This document shows positions 57,906 through 64,000 of a stretch of DNA of 64,000 nucleotides, in pieces. Position 1 is the stretch's first letter. Every line of letters starts with the position of its first letter. Under the pieces are notes generated by a model, which was given only the letters and a program-made list of their open reading frames with translations, was not told the DNA's origin and did no database searches. Source of the DNA: an uncultured Acidimicrobiaceae bacterium (GTDB taxonomy: Bacteria; Actinomycetota; Acidimicrobiia; Acidimicrobiales; Bog-793); the NCBI GenBank assembly GCA_963725355.1, contig CAVRYE010000007.1, forward strand, positions 12,779 through 76,778, written 5' to 3'. Both the position numbers and the translations under genes were made by a program.

Positions 57906-59264
57906 GTGCACTACGTAGCGCGAGCCATCGAGGCGATCGAAGCAAAGAACCCTGGGGAACCGGAGTTCCTCCAAGCCTTACGGGAGGTCTACGGCAGCCT
58001 GGCACCCTTACTTGGTGACGATCGCCGCTACGAGGAGGGCAGAATCCTCGAGCGGATGGCAGAGCCGGAGCGGACGATTGTGTTTCGCGTAACCTGGGCC
58101 GACGACCTGGGCAAGATAAGACTCAACAGGGGCTTCAGGGTCCAGATGAACAGCGCCATAGGGCCGTACAAAGGGGGCCTTCGCTTCCACCCGAGCGTGT
58201 ACCTAGGGCTGCTCAAGGGCCTCGCCTTCGAGCAGGTTCTTAAGAACGCCCTTACGACCTTGCCGTTGGGGGGAGCCAAAGGAGGCTCCGACTTCGACCC
58301 GAAGGGCCACAGCGATGCCGAGGTTGCGCGGTTCTGTCAGGCGTTCATGACCGAGCTTCAACGCCACATAGGCCAGTTCACAGATGTTCCAGCCGGCGAC
58401 ATTGGCGTAGGCACGCGAGAGATCGGTTACCTGTTCGGCCAGTACAAGCGCATCCGCAACGAGTTTTGCGGGGCTCTCACGGGCAAAGGCTACGGGTGGG
58501 GTGGTTCGCTCGTGCGGCCTGAGGCGACGGGCTATGGGATCGTCTACTTCGCAGAGGAGATGCTCGCCACCCGCGGGGAGGCGCTCGAGGGAAAGACCTG
58601 CCTTGTCTCAGGCAGTGGAAGCGTCGCTCAGTTCACAGTCGAGAAGCTGATCGCCCTGAACGCTCGCCCCATGACACTTTCGGACTCGAGTGGGTTCATA
58701 TACGACCCAGATGGGATCGACCAGGAAAAGCTCGAATGGGTGATGGACCTGAAGAACCGACGGCGCGGCCGCATCGGTGAGTACACAGAGCGTTTTGGGC
58801 GAGCGACGTTCCTGCCTGCCAGATCCCGCGAGGAAACAAATGCCATGTGGGACATCTCGGCGGACTGCGCCTTCCCCGCCGCGACCGAGAACGAGATAAG
58901 CGGCAAGGACGCGGCCAACATGGTGAACAACGGCGTGACGCTTGTCGTCGAGGGGGCCAACATGCCGACGGTGCCTGATGGCGTCGGCTATTTCCTCACC
59001 ACCGGCATCCTCTACGGCCCGGCGAAGGCGGCGAACGCAGGGGGCGTCTCGGTGTCCGGCCTTGAGATGGCCCAGGACAGCCAGCGTATGCAGTGGAGCC
59101 GGGAGGAAGTCGACGAGCAGTTGCGTTCGATAATGGCCGCCATCCACCTTCATGTGCGCGAAGCTGCCATTGAGTACGACCGGCCCGACAACTATGTGTT
59201 AGGCGCCAACATCGCCGGGTTCCGCAAGGTCGCCGACGCCATGCTCGACGAATCGATCGTCTAA
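57906..59264 (+). CDS. gdhA: NADP-specific glutamate dehydrogenase
   Basis: PYKGGLRFHPSV, LPLGGAKGGSDFDPKG, GDIGVGTREIGYL, VSGSGSVAQF, EGANMP. Confidence 0.9.
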   Translation: MHYVARAIEAIEAKNPGEPEFLQALREVYGSLAPLLGDDRRYEEGRILERMAEPERTIVFRVTWADDLGKIRLNRGFRVQMNSAIGPYKGGLRFHPSVYLGLLKGLAFEQVLKNALTTLPLGGAKGGSDFDPKGHSDAEVARFCQAFMTELQRHIGQFTDVPAGDIGVGTREIGYLFGQYKRIRNEFCGALTGKGYGWGGSLVRPEATGYGIVYFAEEMLATRGEALEGKTCLVSGSGSVAQFTVEKLIALNARPMTLSDSSGFIYDPDGIDQEKLEWVMDLKNRRRGRIGEYTERFGRATFLPARSREETNAMWDISADCAFPAATENEISGKDAANMVNNGVTLVVEGANMPTVPDGVGYFLTTGILYGPAKAANAGGVSVSGLEMAQDSQRMQWSREEVDEQLRSIMAAIHLHVREAAIEYDRPDNYVLGANIAGFRKVADAMLDESIV

Positions 59265-59304
59265 GCGCCTAGCGAGCGGTCGTCACAACAGGAAGGACCC
59301 AGTC

Positions 59305-60686
59305 GTGCTCATTCGAGGAGGAATGGTCGTCGATGCCGCCGGCGAGCGGGTGGCCGACCTACGCACCGGCGAGGATGGCCACGTCATCGAGGTGGCCGCC
59401 GATCTACAGCCGTTGCCGGGCGAGCAGGTGCACGACGCCACTGGCAAGCTCGTGATCCCCGGGGGTGTTGATGCCCACACCCACCTCCACATGCCCGTGG
59501 GCGCGGTGCGCGTGTCGGACGACTTTGTAAGCGGGACGCGCGCAGCCGCCATCGGAGGCACCACGACGATCATCGACTACGTGACGGTTGCCCGCGGCGA
59601 CGACCCAATGAAGACCGTAGCTACCTGGCATTCATGGGCTGAACCCTCGGTCATCGACTGGGGTCTTCATCTGACCTTCACTGAAGCGGTACCCGAATCG
59701 GTCATCGCGGCGGGCGTGGAAGCAGGTATCCCGTCCTTCAAGCTCTATCTCGCCTATCCGGATCGTCTCCAAGTGGACGACGCCACGATCGTGAGGCTCA
59801 TGCGGTCCACGCGCGACGCCAAGGTGCACTCGTGACGTTGCACTGCGAGAACGGGGGTGCCATCGAGGAGTTGCGTCGAGAGGCACTCGCCGCCGGACGA
59901 ACTGGGGTGTTCGAGCACGCCCTTACGCGACCGGCTGTACTCGAGGCAGAAGCGGTGAACAGGGCAGCTGCCCTGGCGGAGGTAACGGGCGCATCGATTT
60001 ACATCGTGCACGTCTCCTCGGCACCGGCACTAGCCGCTGTTCGCGCCGCCCAAGAGCGCGGCGTCGACGTCAAGGCCGAGACGTGCCCTCAGTACCTCTA
60101 CCTCGACTCGAGTCGTTTGCGCGGCCCCGACGGAATCGACTTCGTCTGCACCCCCCCGTTGCGGGACCCTTGGCATGCCGAGGAGCTTTGGGAGGGGATG
60201 GCAAGTGGCTATGTGCACACCGTCGCCACTGATCACTGTCCGTTCTGGCGTGCCGACCGGCGGGCGGGTGTTTCGGGCCGCCCCGGCGGAGTTGGCGACT
60301 TCACAGACATTCCCGGTGGCCTTCCCGGTATCGAGACCCGCCTAGCGCTCGTCTGGCAGGGTGTTCAGATGGGGCGGATCACGACCGCCGACTGGGTGCG
60401 CCTTTGTTCAGAGGCCCCTGCCCGCACATTCGGCCTCTGGCCGGCCAAGGGCTCGCTCAGTGTCGGAGCTGACGCTGACGTGGTTGTTTGGGACCCTGCG
60501 CGCCGCCACTCGCTCGGGGCGACGGACCTTGACATGGCGGCCGATCACTCGCCCTACGAGGGCACGGTGTCCATCGGGTGGCCCGAGCTCGTTCTGAGTA
60601 GGGGCCGGGTCGTGGCCGCTGACGGCAGCTTCACCGGGGAGCCCGGCTGGGGCAGCTACCTCGCTCGTAGCCCGATTCCCTATTAG
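59305..60686 (+). pseudogene. Dihydropyrimidinase / D-hydantoinase (cyclic amidohydrolase), frame switch near 59825-59835
   Basis: N-terminal part: VIPGGVDAHTHLHMP...GGTTTIIDY...SFKLYLAYP..., ending ...STRDAKVHS*. The C-terminal part begins at the overlapping GTG 59832 (VTLHCENGGAIEEL...IYIVHVSS...ETCPQYL...ATDHCPF...GADADVVVWDP). Together they form one full-length enzyme. Confidence 0.8.
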
Positions 60687-60689
60687 CTC

Positions 60690-60959
60690 CTAGCCCGCTC
60701 CACCGCCAGGGTGACGCGCTGCCCCCTCGCTCGCCAGACCCCGTCGGCAGAGCTCGAAGATGACCAGCGCCACCACCGCGAGAGTGATGACAAGCGTGGT
60801 GGTGTTCGTGAGGACGAGGAGCACCGCGAATGCCAAGAGCCCAAGGCCCGGAATCACGAGCCATAGACAGCGCTTCACAGCCCGGAGCAAGACGCCGCGT
60901 CTTGCTAGGTCCCTCTCGAGGGTCCTGGTCAAGATCATGAAGTCCACGTCATCAGACAT
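60690..60959 (-). CDS. Small hypothetical membrane protein
   Basis: 89 aa with two TM helices (CLWLVIPGLGLLAFAVLLVL, TLVITLAVVALVIF). Codon usage is typical of the window, but no family was recognised. Confidence 0.35.
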   Translation of the reverse strand: MSDDVDFMILTRTLERDLARRGVLLRAVKRCLWLVIPGLGLLAFAVLLVLTNTTTLVITLAVVALVIFELCRRGLASEGAARHPGGGAG

Positions 60960-61122
60960 ATCGCCGCCAATTTCCGGTGTCCGTTATCTAGCTGCTTGCT
61001 GGCGCTGCACAGCTCGCGTCTCAGCCCCGACGGGTAGGCAATCCCCCCAGGCCCGAACGTGAGACCCCCCAAGTCGCGAGTCAATTTGAGGATACCCTTC
61101 GGCGGGAGGAATTTCGTGCCGC

Positions 61123-61995
61123 GTGGATCGTCTAGCGATGCCCCGCAACCTCGTTGCGGTGGCGGGGCGCTACGGGCGTGAGCAGTGGATGGCGGCTCTC
61201 CCCGACCTCGTCCACCTGATCGCCCAAGATTGGTCCATCCAGCTCGGAGAACCTTTCCAGCCAGGGGGCTACACCGCCTGGGTCGCGCCTGTGCGAACCG
61301 AGACGGGCGAGAGGCTGGTGCTCAAGGTGGGCTGGCGTCACCCTGAGGCCGAACACGAGGCTGCCGGGCTGAGGGTGTGGGCCGGCAGTGCCACTGTCCG
61401 CCTTGTTGCTAGCAGGGAGTTCGATGACTCTCTTGCGCTCCTCCTGGAGCGGTGCACGCCCGGCACACCTTTGCGAACCCGTCCCCAGCTGGAACAAGAC
61501 ACTGTTATCGCAAAGATCCTCAAGCAACTGTGGGTTAAACCTGGCGGTGATCACTGCTTTCCACCTCTTCAGCTCATGTGCGAGCAATGGGCGGATCGCT
61601 TCGACAAAGAGGTGTCCGTAGAGACCCTTGGCATTGATCCAGGCCTTGTGCGCGCAGGGATCGCGCTGCTGCGGGAGCTTCCCTCCACCGCCGAGAAAAG
61701 CGTGCTCCTGTGCACCGACATGCACGCCGGCAATGTACTGGCGGCCGAACGTCAGCCCTGGCTTGCCATCGATCCGAAGCCCTACCTCGGCGACCCGACC
61801 TATGACCCGCTCCAACACATGTTGAACTGCGAAGAGAGGCTGCTCTCCGACCCGCATGGCCTCGTGAGGCGCATGGCCGGACTGCTGGACCTCGAGGTGG
61901 AGCGCCTCACCATGTGGTTATTCGCTCGGAGCGTGCAGCAGGCAACTGAGTGGCCATTTTTGGCCAAGGTCGCCCGCGAGGTGGCTCCAGCCTGA
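61123..61995 (+). CDS. Aminoglycoside phosphotransferase family protein, APH(6)/streptomycin-kinase-like
   Basis: LVLKVGW..EAEHEAAGLRVW, catalytic loop LLCTDMHAGNVL, IDPKPYLGDPTYD. The start could be ATG 61138. Confidence 0.75.
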   Translation: MDRLAMPRNLVAVAGRYGREQWMAALPDLVHLIAQDWSIQLGEPFQPGGYTAWVAPVRTETGERLVLKVGWRHPEAEHEAAGLRVWAGSATVRLVASREFDDSLALLLERCTPGTPLRTRPQLEQDTVIAKILKQLWVKPGGDHCFPPLQLMCEQWADRFDKEVSVETLGIDPGLVRAGIALLRELPSTAEKSVLLCTDMHAGNVLAAERQPWLAIDPKPYLGDPTYDPLQHMLNCEERLLSDPHGLVRRMAGLLDLEVERLTMWLFARSVQQATEWPFLAKVAREVAPA

Positions 61996-62136
61996 CCGAC
62001 GGGGCATTGTCCGGCCACCATCTCGCAGTGTGGCACCCCTTCCTTTCCTCACGCTGCAATCACGAGAATGCGCTGGTTTGGTTACCAAGTGCTCTTGTCG
62101 GTTTCCCCGGCCCCGTGAGCGGGGTAACGACTAGAT

Positions 62137-62526
62137 ATGACCAAGGTGCGCGAAATCATGAGCACAAAGCTGACCGTTGTCGATGACAACGCAAGTGTCG
62201 AGCAGGCTGCGGCGATCCTCGCTGCCAATGAGCTGGTAGCTCTGCCGGTTCGCGGGTCGAAGGACGCCCGTCTCAAGGGAGTGCTCACCGAAGATGACCT
62301 TTTCAAAGCCCGCATGCACGAGGGCGACACTGTTGGCGAGATCGTTTCTGCTGGAGCGGTTCCCTCCGTCGCCGCCGACCAAAGCGTCGAAGAGGCGACC
62401 GAGGCCATGAGGCGACACAGAGTTGGGCATCTCGCCGTGCTCGAAGGCCATGAGCTCGCGGGCATCGTCACGGAGGCCGATGTCAGCGCAGCCCAGCTTG
62501 ACCAAAAGGTGGACGACCTCCAATAG
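62137..62526 (+). CDS. CBS-pair domain protein
   Basis: VREIMSTKLTVVDDNASVEQAA...LPV...GVLTEDDL and a second CBS motif (VGEIVS...VEEATEAMRRHRVGHLAVLEGHELAGIVTEADV). Confidence 0.85.
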   Translation: MTKVREIMSTKLTVVDDNASVEQAAAILAANELVALPVRGSKDARLKGVLTEDDLFKARMHEGDTVGEIVSAGAVPSVAADQSVEEATEAMRRHRVGHLAVLEGHELAGIVTEADVSAAQLDQKVDDLQ

Positions 62527-62586
62527 GAGGCGACATAAGCCATATACCAACAGCGACCTGCCGGACGGGCAGGCGTACGAACGGGG

Positions 62587-63189
62587 GTGTCAATGAGCAC
62601 AGTGGCATTGATCGTGATCGTCGTGGCCGTGGTCGTGGTGCTGGCGGCTCTCGGCGCTGTTGTCGGACGGATGCGGCGGCGGCGCCGGCTGAGGGCGCGC
62701 TTTGGGCCCGAGTACGAGAGAACCCTGCGAAAATCGGGAAACGCTCAGCAGGCAGAGGCCGATCTGCATCGCCGTGCGGCCGAGCGCGATCGGCTATCGA
62801 TCAGGCAGCTCACCGCGGCCCAGCGAGACCGCTATGAGCAGGATTGGCGTCTAGTGCAGGCGGAGTTCGTGGACCTGCCTGGCACTTCCCTGGCTCGCGC
62901 GGATGCTCTTGTAACGGCCGCAATGGTCGACAGTGGTTATCCGGTGCGGGACTTTGGCCAGAGCGCCGACCTCATATCGGTTGACCACCCGGAAGTTGTC
63001 GAACGTTATCGCCGGGCGCACGGCGTCTTTGTCGCCAGCCGGGCTTCTGAAGTGCCGACAGAAGACATCCGCCGGGCATTTGTCGACTACCGGGCCTTGT
63101 TTGCCGAGCTAGTCGATCCTGACCAGACCCCACATGCGCAGCCCGAGAACCGACGGTCTGCGGACCAGTCCTCCGCGGCCAGTCAGTAG
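62587..63189 (+). CDS. Hypothetical membrane-anchored protein (paralog of the next gene)
   Basis: N-terminal TM helix plus an Arg stretch, then RDRYEQDWRLVQAEFVDLPGTSLARADALV...EDIRRAFVDYRALFAELV. ATG 62593 is the more likely start. Confidence 0.6.
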   Translation: MSMSTVALIVIVVAVVVVLAALGAVVGRMRRRRRLRARFGPEYERTLRKSGNAQQAEADLHRRAAERDRLSIRQLTAAQRDRYEQDWRLVQAEFVDLPGTSLARADALVTAAMVDSGYPVRDFGQSADLISVDHPEVVERYRRAHGVFVASRASEVPTEDIRRAFVDYRALFAELVDPDQTPHAQPENRRSADQSSAASQ

Positions 63190-63220
63190 GTACAGGAAGC
63201 GTGGACAAGGAGGAGATCAA

Positions 63221-63721
63221 ATGGAAACTGAAGACCGGCAGGACCAACGCCTCATAGCTACCGACGAGGCTGACACGCCGATATTCGACGAGAGCGACGA
63301 CCCCTGGCTGGAGGCCGAAGGCCATGTGCCTTCAGTTATGAACGACATGACTTCCGCGCAAGACGCTACCGAAGGGACGACCCGATCGGGTCACGATGTC
63401 GGTGGTATGAACAGGACTGCGGGCCCGCGAACCTCCGAGCAAAGGGCAGCCTTTTCGGGGAAATCGCTTGTTGGGGATCCTGCGACCCTCCGCCGGCAGT
63501 GGGAGTCTGTGCAGGTCGGCTTTGTCGACGACCCGCGTCGAGCCGTGGAGGACGCGGAGGGCCTGGTCTCAACGGTTGTGGAGGAGCTCGTGGACAACTT
63601 CCGGCTGCAACGCCAGGCGCTGGAGGCGTCCTGGTCGGAGGGCTCCGATCGTTCCATCAATGATCTAAGGCAGGCCTTCCAGCGTTACCGCGACTTCTTC
63701 GAAAGGCTGCTGCAGATCTGA
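63221..63721 (+). CDS. Hypothetical acidic protein sharing a C-terminal domain with the upstream gene
   Basis: AAGGAGGAG Shine-Dalgarno upstream of ATG 63221. LRRQWESVQVGFVDDPRRAVEDAEGLV...NDLRQAFQRYRDFFERLL parallels the upstream protein. Confidence 0.6.
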   Translation: METEDRQDQRLIATDEADTPIFDESDDPWLEAEGHVPSVMNDMTSAQDATEGTTRSGHDVGGMNRTAGPRTSEQRAAFSGKSLVGDPATLRRQWESVQVGFVDDPRRAVEDAEGLVSTVVEELVDNFRLQRQALEASWSEGSDRSINDLRQAFQRYRDFFERLLQI

Positions 63722-63820
63722 GCATTGCTCAGGCATTGCCCTCTGGACCTGTGTCTTTAGCTCGGCTGAGGCGGTGCCGCGTTGTTGTCAGGCAGGTGGT
63801 CGTGCAGCGACAATGGCGCC

Positions 63821-64000
63821 ATGGCCCCTGAAAGCGATCTAAGCCAGCTGCTGGAGCGGATGAACCCAGAGTTGCATCCTGGGATTTTCGTCTTTTGCCA
63901 GCTCGCCGACCGCCACTTTTCAGCAGGCATAGAAGCCCGGATGCAGTTCGTCGAGGACGAGGCGACCACCGTCGTGGTCACCCAAGAACAGGCAGCTGCC
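63821..64000 (+). CDS. ACT-domain (DUF2241-like) protein, 3'-partial at window end
   Basis: MAPESDLSQLLERMNPELHPGIFVFCQLADRHF... is open to the window end. It resembles the N-terminus of ACT_3-type proteins. Not in the ORF track because no stop is reached. Confidence 0.5.
   Translation, partial: MAPESDLSQLLERMNPELHPGIFVFCQLADRHFSAGIEARMQFVEDEATTVVVTQEQAAA

Noticed and set aside
59832-60686. Second hydantoinase ORF as an independent gene restarting at GTG 59832
   Set aside because: It lacks the N-terminal metal-binding His-x-His, which is encoded by the upstream ORF. Together the two make exactly one enzyme. It is treated as one disrupted gene.
62109-62125. Hairpin CCCCG-TGAG-CGGGG as an intrinsic terminator after the APH(6)-like gene
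   Set aside because: The stem is only 5 bp, there is no U-tract, it is 115 nt from the stop codon, and it lies just upstream of the CBS gene start.

Overview
This is a high-GC chromosomal segment of Actinomycetota type. Supporting signs are ctaE-qcrCAB, coproporphyrin-type hemE-hemH-hemY, an Mca-like amidase, TatA, and frequent 4-nt start/stop overlaps. A finer taxon cannot be assigned from the sequence alone. All family calls come from reading the ORF translations and recalling motifs; no searches were run.

Layout:
- 1-5.8 kb: distal part of an actinobacterial T4SS-like conjugation module (TrbL-like, SCO6880-family, VirB4-like ATPase, VirD4/TraD-like coupling protein), abutting phoU.
- 7-24.5 kb: core block with a fused E1 alpha/beta dehydrogenase, tatA, ctaCDF, tesB, gtrA-like, lnt, hemY-hemH-hemE, ctaE and qcrCAB.
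- 24.5-25.3 kb: repeat-rich spacer next to tRNA-Thr.
- 25.3-36.5 kb: PAP2-like protein, UDP-sulfoquinovose synthase (sqdB), Ser/Thr-rich surface protein, larC, pheA, MFS transporter, DUF1707 protein, and an OCD plus HAL-like operon.
- 36.5-51.7 kb: low-coding-density accessory region around tRNA-Ser. It holds a truncated phosphotransferase, an IS21-type remnant, an ICMT-like methyltransferase, a large LuxR/LAL regulator, several small DUF/redox genes, an ISL3 element, an arsR-SRPBCC-DHFR-like operon and a lipoprotein.
- 51.7-56.5 kb: padR, two tandem ABC ATPases and a large FtsX permease.
- 57-64 kb: Mca-like deacetylase, gdhA, dihydropyrimidinase, APH(6)-like kinase, CBS protein, two paralogous hypotheticals and a partial ACT-domain gene.

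The main technical observation is that eight or nine conserved genes change reading frame at single points. This points to consensus indel errors or widespread pseudogenisation. No CRISPR array, rRNA gene or recognisable defence system was seen.
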